Part shown: positions 34,598 to 44,353 of the stretch, in pieces
Layout: every line of letters begins with the position of its first letter
Numbering within the stretch: the first letter of the stretch is position 1
From: an uncultured Oscillospiraceae bacterium
GTDB taxonomy: Bacteria > Bacillota > Clostridia > Oscillospirales > Oscillospiraceae
NCBI GenBank assembly: GCA_947624395.1
Contig: CANQKA010000001.1
Coordinates: 16,446-80,445, forward strand
DNA: 64,000 nt
Direction: 5' to 3'
The notes under the pieces: model-generated
What the model saw: the letters and a program-made list of their open reading frames with translations, nothing else
The model's database searches: none
What the model was told of the DNA's origin: nothing
Translations under genes and position numbers: made by a program

Positions 34598-35094
34598 AAC
34601 TCCACGCCCTTTCTGGCCCGCACGCCCTTTTGATAGGGGTGCCGGTGGCAGCGCATTTCCGTGTCATAGTCGGCGCATGTCCGCATCCAGTCCGCCGGGT
34701 CACGGCCCGTGAGCACGATCTCCCGGCCCGCCGGCGCTTCCTCTACGGTTTGGCGCAGCAGCGCCCGGTCTACCATGTCAAGCCCCCACGCGGCGCAGGC
34801 CTCGTCCAGTATCAGCGTGTCCGGTTCAGTTGCCAGCGCGGCCCGCAAATTTTCGTCCTGCACCCGCCGGGTCTCGGCCCGCTCTGTGTCATCCATTTGG
34901 GCGACGAATTTCTCTGTGCTCTTGCCCCGGAAGAATTTTGCCCCCAGCGCTTCCAGCGACCAAACCTCACCGGACGGAGCGCTTTTCAAAAACTGCACCA
35001 CGGCCACCTTTTGTCCCGCGGCCAGCGCCCGCAGGGCCAGACCCATGGCGGCGGTGGTCTTGCCCTTGCCGTCGCCCCAATATAAATGGATCAT
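34594..35094 (-). CDS. cobO: Cob(I)yrinic acid a,c-diamide adenosyltransferase (CobO/BtuR type)
   Basis: A 166-aa ORF. MIHLYWGDGKGKTTAAMGLALRA...ILDE...HPYQKGVRARKGVEF. Confidence 0.9.
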   Translation of the reverse strand: MIHLYWGDGKGKTTAAMGLALRALAAGQKVAVVQFLKSAPSGEVWSLEALGAKFFRGKSTEKFVAQMDDTERAETRRVQDENLRAALATEPDTLILDEACAAWGLDMVDRALLRQTVEEAPAGREIVLTGRDPADWMRTCADYDTEMRCHRHPYQKGVRARKGVEF

Positions 35095-36569
35095 GCCGTA
35101 CCCTCCAATATGCGGTATACCGCGTCCATGTCCAGCGCCCGGCGCACCGCCTCCGCCAGAGTGTCAAGCTGCCCGTCCAGCCTTTCGGCCCGGTCGTCAT
35201 ACCCATGGTCCGCGTATGCCACGCCCTTGCGCCGGCACAGCGTCCGGGCCAACGCCTGCACCGCCTCGCCGGTGTCGAACAGCCCGTGCAGATAGGTCCC
35301 GCACACGCTCCCCCGCACGCAGCCGTCCATGCGCCCGTCGTCCAGGCGGCAGAAGGCGGGACCATCCGCCGTGGTATTTCCGGTGTGTATCTCGTAGCCC
35401 TCCACACGCGCCCCCGCGACAGGACCTGCCAGCGTCACGCCCCGGACCCGCACCCGTGTCTTTTCCGGGCCGAACACCGTGTCCACGGGCAGCAGCCCCA
35501 GACCCTGGACCGGCCCCGGCCCGCCGCCCTCCGTACCGTCCGGGTCCGTCAGCGTCCGGCCCAGCATTTGATAGCCGCCGCACACCCCCAGCACCGGTGT
35601 ACCCGACCCGGCCAGCGATATTATGGCGTCGGCCAGCCCGGTCTTGCGCAGCCAGAGAAGATCGCCCACCGTGCTTTTCGTCCCGGGCAAAACGAGCATA
35701 TCCGGTTGGCCCAGCCCCTCCGGCCGGTCCACGTACCGCACCCCCAGCATCGGATGAGAATCAAGCGGCGAAAAGTCGGTGAAATTGGAAATGCGGGGCA
35801 GCCGTATCACCGCGATGTCCACGGCCTTATGGGCGGCCTTTTGCCGGAGGCTGGGCGCCATGGAGTCCTCCTCGTCCAGGTCCAGCCGCAGCCATGGCGC
35901 CACCCCCAGCACAGGCAGGCCGGTCAGCTCCTCCAACATGCCCAGACCCGGTTTTAGTATCTCCACGTCCCCCCGGAACTTGTTGACGATCAGGCCCTTG
36001 ACCCGGGCCCGTTCCTCCGGCTTCAGCAGCGCCACGGTCCCGTACAGCTGGGCGAACACCCCGCCGGGGTCGATGTCCCCCACCAGCAGCACCGGCGCGT
36101 CCACCAGCTCTGCCAGACCCATATTCACGATGTCGTTTTCCCGCAGATTGATCTCCGCCGGACTGCCCGCGCCTTCTATCACGATAGGGTCATATTCCGC
36201 CGTCAGACTTTCGTAAGCGGCCAGAATGTCGGGAATGAGTTCAGTCTTGTACCGGAAATACTCTTTTGCCGCCATTTGCCCCCGGACCGTTCCGTTGACG
36301 ACGATCTGACTGCCCGTGTCGCTGCACGGTTTGAGCAGCACCGGATTCATGCGCACGTCCGGCTCCGCCCCGGCGGCCTGGGCCTGCAAGACCTGGGCCC
36401 TGCCCATTTCCAGCCCGTCAGCGGTCACGAAGCTGTTCAGCGCCATATTCTGGCTTTTGAACGGCGCGGGCCGCAGCCCGTCCTGTTTAAAAATGCGGCA
36501 CAGCGCGGCGCATAAAAGGCTCTTGCCCGCGCCGGACATGGTGCCCTGGATCATGATTCGTCTGGTCAT
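35091..36569 (-). CDS. cobQ: Cobyric acid synthase
   Basis: The start is taken at ATG 36569 (MTRRIMIQGTMSGAGKSLL...), which overlaps the cobD stop as ATGA; the track start 36728 is an extension. There is a GATase domain with GVCGGYQMLG. Confidence 0.9.
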   Translation of the reverse strand: MTRRIMIQGTMSGAGKSLLCAALCRIFKQDGLRPAPFKSQNMALNSFVTADGLEMGRAQVLQAQAAGAEPDVRMNPVLLKPCSDTGSQIVVNGTVRGQMAAKEYFRYKTELIPDILAAYESLTAEYDPIVIEGAGSPAEINLRENDIVNMGLAELVDAPVLLVGDIDPGGVFAQLYGTVALLKPEERARVKGLIVNKFRGDVEILKPGLGMLEELTGLPVLGVAPWLRLDLDEEDSMAPSLRQKAAHKAVDIAVIRLPRISNFTDFSPLDSHPMLGVRYVDRPEGLGQPDMLVLPGTKSTVGDLLWLRKTGLADAIISLAGSGTPVLGVCGGYQMLGRTLTDPDGTEGGGPGPVQGLGLLPVDTVFGPEKTRVRVRGVTLAGPVAGARVEGYEIHTGNTTADGPAFCRLDDGRMDGCVRGSVCGTYLHGLFDTGEAVQALARTLCRRKGVAYADHGYDDRAERLDGQLDTLAEAVRRALDMDAVYRILEGTA

Positions 36570-37615
36570 TTTTTGAGCGCCTCCCCGATGGCGTTTATGA
36601 GCCTTTCGTTGTCCGCCTCCGTGCGCACGGCGGCGCGGTACCAGCTCCTGTCCAAACCCCGAAAGCCCCCGCAATTGCGCAGCAATATCCCCCGCCGCGC
36701 CAATGGCCCCGCCAGGTCCACGGGACATTGAAACAGCAGATAATTGGCCTCGCCCGGTACGACGAACATGCCCTGCGCTTCCAGCGCCGCCTTCAGCCTT
36801 GGCCGCTGCTGGCGTACCAGCGCCCGCACACGCTGGGCGTAGGCCGTATCACCTAATGCCGCCAGCCCCGCCGCCTGGGCGGGACCCGACACGGACCAGG
36901 GCGGTCCCACGGCCTCCATCGCCGCCAGCAGCGCCCCGTCGGCGCTGAGGCAATACCCCAGCCGGAGCCCCGCCATGGCGTACAGCTTGGTGAAGGACTT
37001 CAAAATGAGCAGCCCTTCCCCGTCCAGCGCCCCGGTCAGGGTAATTTTCTCCGGCTGGTCCGTCAGGTCCGCGAAGCACTCGTCCACCACCAGCAGCGCG
37101 CCGCTCCCTCGGCACCGGTCCAGCACCCGCCCCAACAGGGGCATGGGCACGGCCACGCCGGTGGGATTGTTTGGTTGACATAAAAACACCATATCCATCC
37201 CGTCAACGGCGTCTATGATCCCCTCGTCCGGGACAAAGCCCGCGTCCCTATCCAGCGGGTAGTACGCCACCTGACACCCGGCGGCGTGCAGCGCCGATTC
37301 GTACTCCGAAAACGCCGGGGCCGTCACCAGCGCCCGCCTGGGCTTTCGGGCCAGCACGACCCGGTAGATCAGGTCCGCCGCCCCGTTGCCGCATAGGACA
37401 TACGCCGCCGGAAGGCCCTCTTTTTCCCCGATGGCCGCCCGCAGCGCCCCACAGGCCGGGTCCGGGTACCGGTCCGCCTGCTCTACGGCGTCCCGCACCG
37501 CCCGCCGCACGCTCTCCGGTACGCCAAGGGGGCTGACGCTGGCGGAGAAATCCAGGGGCAACACCCCATACGCCTGTTCAAATCCGGCCCAATCGCCGCC
37601 ATGATCGTGTCCCAT
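36566..37615 (-). CDS. cobD: Threonine-phosphate decarboxylase (class I/II aminotransferase fold)
   Basis: A 349-aa ORF. YPDP...NGAADLIY...QPNNPTG...KSFTKLYAMAGLRLGY contains the PLP lysine. The operon context supports the call. Confidence 0.85.
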   Translation of the reverse strand: MGHDHGGDWAGFEQAYGVLPLDFSASVSPLGVPESVRRAVRDAVEQADRYPDPACGALRAAIGEKEGLPAAYVLCGNGAADLIYRVVLARKPRRALVTAPAFSEYESALHAAGCQVAYYPLDRDAGFVPDEGIIDAVDGMDMVFLCQPNNPTGVAVPMPLLGRVLDRCRGSGALLVVDECFADLTDQPEKITLTGALDGEGLLILKSFTKLYAMAGLRLGYCLSADGALLAAMEAVGPPWSVSGPAQAAGLAALGDTAYAQRVRALVRQQRPRLKAALEAQGMFVVPGEANYLLFQCPVDLAGPLARRGILLRNCGGFRGLDRSWYRAAVRTEADNERLINAIGEALKK

Positions 37616-37619
37616 GCCC

Positions 37620-38585
37620 TCACCTCACAACGAAAAACCGCAATAGCAGCCCCACCGCCGCCGCAAGAAAACTGGCGGCGTACAGCATCTTGTTGGCCCG
37701 CAAAATATCCTCAGGCTCCACCGGACGCATATCGTCCCCGATGGTGGGCTTGTCGTACCTCTCGCCGAAATAGCTGGCCGGCCCCGCCAATTGGACGCCC
37801 AGAGCCCCGGCGCACGCGGCCTCGCACTGGGCGGCGTTGGGGCTGGCATGTTTCCGCCTGTCCCGCCGCCAAATGCGCCACGCCCCGGCCATATTCTGAC
37901 CCGTGAGCCCCGCCGCGCCTATCCAAAACAGCGCCGCCAGCCGTGCGGGGATAAAATTGGCAACGTCGTCCAGCTTTGCCGCCGCATGCCCAAAATGCAG
38001 ATACCGGGCGTTTTTGTACCCCACCATGCTGTCCATGGTGTTCACGGCCTTGTAGGCCATCGCCAGTGGCGCGCCGCCCAGCAGCATGTAAAAAAGCGGA
38101 GCGAAAACGCCGTCGGAGAAGTTCTCCGCCACCGTCTCCACAGCGGCCTTGACCACGCCCTGTGCGGTCAACGCGTCCGTGTCCCGGCCCACGATGCGGC
38201 CCACCGCCGACCGGGCGGCGGTCAAATCGCCGGAGGAAAGCGCGTCGTAAACGCCCCGGCTCTCATGGCCCAGGTCCCGCATCGCCAGCGCCTGCCAGCA
38301 CCACAGGACCTGGAAGACAAACCCGATCGCCGGGTGCACCGCCGCGCTGCCCCAGCATATAAGCCCCGTCACGGCCAATGTGCCCACCGGCAGCAGCGCC
38401 GCCAAGCAACCCCCCGCCGCCAATTCGCCCCTGGGCGTGGCGGGAAAGCGGCGGCGCAATACTTTTTCCAGCCGGGTAATGACCCGGCCCATGACCACCA
38501 CCGGGTGGGGGAAATGGGGGATGACCGGGTCCCCCAGCAGCGCGTCCAGCGCGCAGCCGCATAAAATGGCCAGCGTGACGGTCAT
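37620..38585 (-). CDS. cbiB: Adenosylcobinamide-phosphate synthase
   Basis: The start is ATG 38585 (MTVTLAILCGCALDALLGDP...HPVVVMG), which overlaps the cobC stop as ATGA. It is a polytopic membrane protein. Confidence 0.9.
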   Translation of the reverse strand: MTVTLAILCGCALDALLGDPVIPHFPHPVVVMGRVITRLEKVLRRRFPATPRGELAAGGCLAALLPVGTLAVTGLICWGSAAVHPAIGFVFQVLWCWQALAMRDLGHESRGVYDALSSGDLTAARSAVGRIVGRDTDALTAQGVVKAAVETVAENFSDGVFAPLFYMLLGGAPLAMAYKAVNTMDSMVGYKNARYLHFGHAAAKLDDVANFIPARLAALFWIGAAGLTGQNMAGAWRIWRRDRRKHASPNAAQCEAACAGALGVQLAGPASYFGERYDKPTIGDDMRPVEPEDILRANKMLYAASFLAAAVGLLLRFFVVR

Positions 38586-39184
38586 GACGGCTCCTTTGCG
38601 TACTGCACAGCGCCCACCAGCGTCAGCGTCCGCGTTTTGGCCCACCGCTCCGCGTCTGTCTCAAGGACAAACCCGCCGCCCAGAGGCGACTGCCAGTCCC
38701 AATAGTCCCGCGCCGGACTACCGAACCGCTCCAGCGCCGCCATTTGCGTGCCCCCGTGGGCCACGATCACCAGCATGTCCCGGCCATCGGCCAGGGTGTT
38801 TTCCACCAGCGCGGCAAAGGCGCTGCACACCCGCCGGGAAAACCCAGCCCGGTCCTCGCCGCCGGGGGTTTGACCCACGCATCCCCCGTCCACCCAGGCC
38901 CGATAATCGGCGTCGTGTTCCATCTCCACGTAATTTTTGCCCTCGAAGGCGCCGAAGTCCATCTCCCGCAGGTCCGGCACCTCTATGAGCGCCGCGTTGG
39001 GGAACAAAATCTCCGCCGTCTGTCTGGCTCGAACAGTCCGACTTATGTAAACCATTTCCGGCTCTATGTCCGCCCGCCCCAATGCGTCCCGCCCTGACCG
39101 GGACAGGGGGCTGTCCGTGGCGCCCTGATAGCGCCGCTGGGCGTTATATTCCGTGGCCCCGTGGCGCAGCAGATACACCCTCAC
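38582..39184 (-). CDS. cobC: Alpha-ribazole phosphatase (histidine phosphatase family)
   Basis: The start is taken at GTG 39184 (VRVYLLRHGATEYN...), which overlaps the upstream stop as GTGA. The RHG catalytic motif is present, with HGG later. Confidence 0.8.
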   Translation of the reverse strand: MRVYLLRHGATEYNAQRRYQGATDSPLSRSGRDALGRADIEPEMVYISRTVRARQTAEILFPNAALIEVPDLREMDFGAFEGKNYVEMEHDADYRAWVDGGCVGQTPGGEDRAGFSRRVCSAFAALVENTLADGRDMLVIVAHGGTQMAALERFGSPARDYWDWQSPLGGGFVLETDAERWAKTRTLTLVGAVQYAKEPS

Positions 39185-39501
39185 GGCAGTTCCCCCCTGA
39201 TGACCGTGGGGATGCCGCAAAACACCCGCACCACCGCGTCCGCTCTGGCCGCCAGCAGACAAGAAAGCCGTCCGGCCGCCTCCCGCTGTACCCGCTGCAC
39301 CGGGTCAATGGGGACTATGCCGCCGCCCACCTCCGCGGCAGTGATCACCGCGTACTTGGCCGCCAGCTCCTCCGCCAGAGCAGCCAGATCGCTTGTCCCA
39401 TCGGCCAGCTCATGGGCGTTTAAGAGCAGCTCATCCTCCGGGCAGAGCGTCCGGGCATATTCGGCCTTGCCGCTAAAAAGCGGCCCTGTGACGAAGATCA
39501 T
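39181..39501 (-). CDS. Truncated CobU-like protein (about 106 aa): P-loop plus the C-terminal CobU segment only
   Basis: The start is ATG 39501 (MIFVTGPLFSGKAEYA...), which overlaps the cobS stop as ATGA. The C-terminus ITAAEVGGGIVPIDPVQRVQREAAGRLSCLLAARADAVVRVFCGIP parallels the CobU tail (TNEVGMGIVP...R.FRD..G..NQ.LA..AD.V.LVV.G.P). Confidence 0.6.
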   Translation of the reverse strand: MIFVTGPLFSGKAEYARTLCPEDELLLNAHELADGTSDLAALAEELAAKYAVITAAEVGGGIVPIDPVQRVQREAAGRLSCLLAARADAVVRVFCGIPTVIRGELP

Positions 39502-40265
39502 GAACCCACCCCCAAGAGTTGACATAATACAAGCGCCGCCAGCTGCCACAGCTCGCATTTTTGCAAAAACCACCCGGCCAGGTCGCCGGATATGCCGCCA
39601 AACTGCTTTTTCGCCACCCGTGCGTATTGCCACAGCGTGAGCAATGCCGCCAGCGCCATCGCGGCCCCGGCCCAGCCGGCCAGCACGATCTGACCAACAG
39701 CCAGTAAAACGGCCAGCACCCCCAGCACCCGCCCCACGGTCTTTTTGTCCGCCGCGGACGCGAACGTATGGGCCAGCCCCGTATCAAGCGCCAGGGGCAG
39801 CGTGGCGATGGCCCAGCCGGACAATGCGCGGCTGAGCACAAATCCCACCCCGGCGCAGACCACGGCCCGCCCGGTGGGTTTCAGCGTCACGCACAGGGCC
39901 AGGTACAGCAAAAACCAGCATATAAGCCGTATGACGGCGAAGGCCCCGCAGTGGGGGTCGTGCAGGATCTGCTGCTTTTTCTCCTTGTCGCCCAGGCTTG
40001 CCAGGGCGTCGGCGGTATCGGCGTAGCCGTCCAGGTGGATGCCGCCGGTGACCAGGGCGGGCGCGAGGCAGAGAAGCACACCCCGCAAAAACCCCGGCAG
40101 GGGCAGCGCCGCCAGCGCTGTCCACACCAGCGCGCACAAGACCCCCACCAGCGGAAAGGCGCACAGGGCGTAGCGCATGTTCTTTTCGGTCCAGGCAAAT
40201 TGCGGCATGGGCACGGCGCTGAACATGGAAAAGGCCACGGCCACGGTCTGCAATACGGTCCTCAA
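39498..40265 (-). CDS. cobS: Adenosylcobinamide-GDP ribazoletransferase (cobalamin 5'-phosphate synthase)
   Basis: A 255-aa membrane protein. GGIHLDGYADTADAL and GGISGD motifs. The TTG start overlaps the cobU stop (TTGA). Confidence 0.9.
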   Translation of the reverse strand: MRTVLQTVAVAFSMFSAVPMPQFAWTEKNMRYALCAFPLVGVLCALVWTALAALPLPGFLRGVLLCLAPALVTGGIHLDGYADTADALASLGDKEKKQQILHDPHCGAFAVIRLICWFLLYLALCVTLKPTGRAVVCAGVGFVLSRALSGWAIATLPLALDTGLAHTFASAADKKTVGRVLGVLAVLLAVGQIVLAGWAGAAMALAALLTLWQYARVAKKQFGGISGDLAGWFLQKCELWQLAALVLCQLLGVGS

Positions 40266-40780
40266 TGCGGCTCCCTCCCCTTGTGATATACGGCCACGCC
40301 GCAGACAAGCTCGGCCACGTTGTCCGCCCTTTCCGCCAGCGCCCGGTTGATGTTGCCCAGCGCCCGGAGATAGCGGTCCGTGTCGCCTTCATACTCCGCG
40401 CCGCCGGAGTTGGTGTCGTTGGACACCACCACCAGCGTATGGCATTTTTTAAACAGCGCCTCCACGCCAAGCACCACGGCCTCTTCCCCCGCGCCACCGG
40501 GGCCATAGAGCTCGTTGGCCGTGAGATTGCCCACGTCCTCCAACAGCGCGGTGCAGCCCGCGGGCACGTCCGCGTTTGCCAGGTCCCGGTACCGCTCCAC
40601 AGTCCGGAAGCCCTTGCCCGCCCGCATAGCCCGGTGGCGGGCGATGCGCTCCCGGCACTCGCCGTCGAATGGCTCCATGGTGGCGATATAGACCAACGGC
40701 CCGCCGGCGCAGCGCAAAAGCAGGTCCTCGGCGTAACGGCTCTTGCCGCTGGCCGCGCCGCCCACGATCAGGGTGAACAT
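40262..40780 (-). CDS. cobU: Adenosylcobinamide kinase / adenosylcobinamide-phosphate guanylyltransferase
   Basis: The start is ATG 40780 (MFTLIVGGAASGKSRYAE...) after GGGAGGAG; the track start 41110 is an extension. It overlaps the cobT 3' end by 13 nt. It is full length (172 aa) with HR...R and VSNDTNSG segments. Confidence 0.9.
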   Translation of the reverse strand: MFTLIVGGAASGKSRYAEDLLLRCAGGPLVYIATMEPFDGECRERIARHRAMRAGKGFRTVERYRDLANADVPAGCTALLEDVGNLTANELYGPGGAGEEAVVLGVEALFKKCHTLVVVSNDTNSGGAEYEGDTDRYLRALGNINRALAERADNVAELVCGVAVYHKGREPH

Positions 40781-41829
40781 GACTCTCCTCCCAATGGCCT
40801 GTAGGCCGGTATGCCGTAGTCGTCGAACGTGCTGCCCCGCGCATATACCGCGAGAGCCATATCCAGAAGCGGCAAGGCCGCCAGCGCACCGGTGCCCTCG
40901 CCCAGACGCAGCCCCGCCGTAATGAGGGGCTTTTTGCCCAAGGCCTTTAAAAGCGCGGCACCCACCGGCTCGGCGGAGAGATGGCTTGCCAGGATGGCCC
41001 TGCCCGCCTCCGGCGCCAGACGCACCGCGCACAGCGCCGCCGCCGCGCTGATGGCCCCGTCCATGACCACCGGCAGCCGGTACAGCGCCCCGCCTAAAAA
41101 CAGGCCGCACAGCCCCGCGATGTCGAACCCGCCCACCTTGGCCAGCACGTCCAGCGGGTCAGTCGGGTCCGGTTTGTTCAATGCCAGCGCCGTTTTGACC
41201 GCATGGCACTTGCGGGCAAGCCCATCGTCGGAAAGACCGGCCCCCCGGCCCACGGTGACCTCCGGCGTCAGACCCAGCAGGGCCGACGCCACCGCCGCCG
41301 CAGTTGTCGTGTTGCCGATGCCCATCTCCCCGGCGGCCAGGAGCTTCGTCCCCCTGGCCTTTTCCGCCGCCGCCAATTCTATGCCGATCTCCACGGCCTG
41401 CTCCGCCTGGGTTCGGCTCATGGCGGGACCCAAGGTGATGTCGGCGGTACCATTGCCCACCCGCCGGTCCAGCACGCCGGGGCATGGCGCGAAATCCAGC
41501 ATGCCCATGTCCACCGGCAGGACCCGGCAGTCCGCCACCGCCGCCATTCGATTGGCCGTGGACGCGCTCGCCGCCAATGCCCGGGCCACCACGCCGGTGA
41601 CGGCGCTGCCCGTCTGGGTCACGCCCTGGGCCACCACGCCGTTGTCGGCGCAGAATACGACCAGCGTCCGGGGCCTGAGGGCGATGTCCGCGCTGCCCGT
41701 CATCGCCGCGATATCCTCCAACGCCGTTTCCAACAGCCCCAGACTTCCCAGCGGGTGGGCGCAGTTGGCCCAGCGAGAGTGGGCGGCGGCCCGCGCTTTC
41801 TCATCGCTGGGCAGGATATGACAGTTCAT
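40768..41829 (-). CDS. cobT: Nicotinate-nucleotide--dimethylbenzimidazole phosphoribosyltransferase
   Basis: A 353-aa ORF. KPLGSLG-like PLGSLGLLE, GEMGIGNTT and DGAISAAAAL. Confidence 0.9.
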   Translation of the reverse strand: MNCHILPSDEKARAAAHSRWANCAHPLGSLGLLETALEDIAAMTGSADIALRPRTLVVFCADNGVVAQGVTQTGSAVTGVVARALAASASTANRMAAVADCRVLPVDMGMLDFAPCPGVLDRRVGNGTADITLGPAMSRTQAEQAVEIGIELAAAEKARGTKLLAAGEMGIGNTTTAAAVASALLGLTPEVTVGRGAGLSDDGLARKCHAVKTALALNKPDPTDPLDVLAKVGGFDIAGLCGLFLGGALYRLPVVMDGAISAAAALCAVRLAPEAGRAILASHLSAEPVGAALLKALGKKPLITAGLRLGEGTGALAALPLLDMALAVYARGSTFDDYGIPAYRPLGGESCSP

Positions 41830-43166
41830 CGGCTTGCCTCCTTTGCGGCCAGCACGAACCGGCTCGCCAGTTCAGGCCGTCCGGCGAAGTATAGATGGGG
41901 GAACCCGGCGTACAGCGTGGGCGAGGCGTATCCTTCCGCCCAGGTCCGGCCCGTCACAGGCTTTTGCAGCCGGAACGCCCCGCCGGGACATTCCGTGTCC
42001 CAATAGTGAAATTCGTGTACGTGTACTGTCTCCCCGGCCCGGAACAGCAGACTGTCCTCCCCGGCGATCATATCCGCGTACCCAAAGCGCACGGGCCGGT
42101 CCCGGCGTGTGCCATCACCGGGCAGCACGCCGGCCATGGGAAAGCGCTCCCCCGTTTCGTCCTTCAGGCTTTGGCAGAGGTAGAGATACCCTCCGCACTC
42201 CGCCACGGTGGGCAGCCCGTTTTCCACCGCTTGCCTCACAGCGGCGCGCATGGACCCGTTTTCCGCCAATGCCCGGGCGTGCAGCTCCGGGTACCCTCCC
42301 GGCAGGTACAGCCCGCCGATGTTCTCCGGCAAACGCTCGTCATGCATCGGGCTGAAAAACGCCAGCTCCGCCCCCGCGTCAACCAGCGCGTCCAAGCTCT
42401 CGGCGTAGGCGAAGCAGAACGCCTCGTCAAGCGCCACGGCGATACGGGCCACTGTCGGCGTATGGGGTACGGTCACCGCCTCCGGCGCGGGCCCGTCGCA
42501 CAGGGCCAGCAGCCGGTCTATGTCCGCGTTTGCCTCCAACGCCGCCCCCAGCGCGTCCAGCCGTCCGGTCAGCGCCGGTATCTCCCCGGCGGTCACCAGC
42601 CCCAAATGACGGCTGGGCAGCGCCGCCAGGTCCACGTGGGGCAGAAAGCCCACCACGGGCAGGCCCGTCTCCCGCTCCAACATGGGCGCCAGACTCTCCG
42701 CCAGCGCGGGCGTGCAGTCATTGAGAATAACAGCGGCCAAATGGCTGGGCGTGCGGAAATCATTAAGCCCCTTCACCAGCGCCGCCAGCGTCAGGCTGGC
42801 CCCCTTGGGCCGCAGCACCAGCAGAGCGGGCATGTCCAGCGTGTCCGCCAAATGCCACGCGCTGGCCCTGTCCGTGCCCCCAAGGCCGTCGTAATGGCCC
42901 ATGACGCCCTCGCATATCGCCCCGCCGTGACCAGCCGCGTACCGGGCGTAAACGGCCCGGACCCGGTCTTCCCCGGCCAAAAACAGGTCCAGGTTGTGGC
43001 TGTCCGCCCCCAGAGCCGTCCGGTGGAACATGGGGTCTATGTAATCCGGCCCGCATTTAAAGGCGCACACGTCCACGCCCCGCCGCTGCATGGCCCGCAG
43101 CAGGGCGCAGGTGAGGGCCGTTTTGCCGCCGCCGGATGCCGGCGCGGTCACCAGCAGCCGGATCAT
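41826..43166 (-). CDS. cbiA: Cobyrinate a,c-diamide synthase
   Basis: The start is ATG 43166 (MIRLLVTAPASGGGKTALTCALL...KCGPDYIDP), which overlaps the upstream stop as ATGA; the track start 43613 is an extension. The C-terminal GATase has AECGGYLYL. Confidence 0.9.
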   Translation of the reverse strand: MIRLLVTAPASGGGKTALTCALLRAMQRRGVDVCAFKCGPDYIDPMFHRTALGADSHNLDLFLAGEDRVRAVYARYAAGHGGAICEGVMGHYDGLGGTDRASAWHLADTLDMPALLVLRPKGASLTLAALVKGLNDFRTPSHLAAVILNDCTPALAESLAPMLERETGLPVVGFLPHVDLAALPSRHLGLVTAGEIPALTGRLDALGAALEANADIDRLLALCDGPAPEAVTVPHTPTVARIAVALDEAFCFAYAESLDALVDAGAELAFFSPMHDERLPENIGGLYLPGGYPELHARALAENGSMRAAVRQAVENGLPTVAECGGYLYLCQSLKDETGERFPMAGVLPGDGTRRDRPVRFGYADMIAGEDSLLFRAGETVHVHEFHYWDTECPGGAFRLQKPVTGRTWAEGYASPTLYAGFPHLYFAGRPELASRFVLAAKEASR

Positions 43167-44353
43167 GACCGGCCTCCCGTGATGAGAAACACCGGGTCGT
43201 TGGCTTGGAGCATGTGCAGCTGCCCCGCCCTCTTCACCCCGCTCACGGCGATCTGCACGATGTCCGGCTCCACGCCCAGGCGGGCAAAGCCCTCCACCGC
43301 GGCGTGCACCGTCTCCAGCGTCACGGCGCTGACACATGCCCGCACGGCCTGATTTTTCCCAAAGGCCGCGTCCAAAATGGCCCCCAACTTCCCGCCGCTG
43401 CCGCCGATAAACACCGCGTCCGGCGCGGGCAAATTTTCCAGCGCCTCCGGGGCTGTGCCTTGCACGACCGACAGGTTCCAGGCGTAAAACTTCTCCCGGT
43501 TTTGCCGGATCAACTCGCAGGCGTCGGTGTCTCGCTCCACGGCGTACACCCGCCGCGCCAGCGCTGCCAGCTCCACGCTGACGCTGCCCGTTCCCGCGCC
43601 CACGTCCCAGCACACGTCATGGGGCGTCACCGCCAGCTTGGATAAAACCGCCGCCCGGACCGTCTGCTTGGTCATGGGCGTGTTGCCCCGGATAAACACA
43701 TCGTCCGGCCAGCCGGGGGTCCGGCGTGGCAGCACCGGGGCCGCCTCCGCCAACAGCACGCTCAGGGGCGCGAAAGATTTTTCCGCCAGCGCCGCCGCCG
43801 TGCCGGAGATCATGCGCTCGCCGGGGCACGCCAGGTTTTCCCCCACCGTGACGGCAAGCCCGCCAAGCCCCGCCCGGACCAGCTGCCCGCACAGTTCCGC
43901 CGGACCCAGCTTCCCGCCGGTCAAAAAGAACACGGGCTTGCCGCCCATGAGCTCCGCCGGCGCGTCCGCGTCCACGCCGTGGGCCGACGCCAAATGCCAG
44001 TCCTGCCAGGGCCGGCCCAGCCGTGCGGCCAGCATTTGCACGCTGGATATACCGGGCAGCACGGCCGTGTCATAACCCCGCTCGCGCAAAAGCGGCAACA
44101 ATGACCGCGCCCCGGAGAAAAAGCCGCTGTCCCCGCTGAATACCACCGCCGCACGCTCACAGTCCAGCGCCTCCAGCGCGGCCAGCATATCCCGGGCCGT
44201 GCTGGCCGGATATGCGGGACATTCGTACAGCGCCCCGAGACTTTCCAACAGTCTTGGCGCGCCCACCAGGGCCTGGGCCTGGGTCAGAGCCGCCAAAGCC
44301 TGGGCGGTCAGGGTATCCGGTCCGGCTCCCGCGCCGATCAGCGTCACTTGCAT
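43163..44353 (-). CDS. cbiET: Fused cobalt-precorrin-7 (C5)-methyltransferase / cobalt-precorrin-6B (C15)-methyltransferase (decarboxylating)
   Basis: A 396-aa ORF. The N-terminal tetrapyrrole methylase reads IGAGAGP...SGDSGFFS. The C-terminal SAM-MTase reads DVGAGTGSVSVE. Confidence 0.9.
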   Translation of the reverse strand: MQVTLIGAGAGPDTLTAQALAALTQAQALVGAPRLLESLGALYECPAYPASTARDMLAALEALDCERAAVVFSGDSGFFSGARSLLPLLRERGYDTAVLPGISSVQMLAARLGRPWQDWHLASAHGVDADAPAELMGGKPVFFLTGGKLGPAELCGQLVRAGLGGLAVTVGENLACPGERMISGTAAALAEKSFAPLSVLLAEAAPVLPRRTPGWPDDVFIRGNTPMTKQTVRAAVLSKLAVTPHDVCWDVGAGTGSVSVELAALARRVYAVERDTDACELIRQNREKFYAWNLSVVQGTAPEALENLPAPDAVFIGGSGGKLGAILDAAFGKNQAVRACVSAVTLETVHAAVEGFARLGVEPDIVQIAVSGVKRAGQLHMLQANDPVFLITGGRS

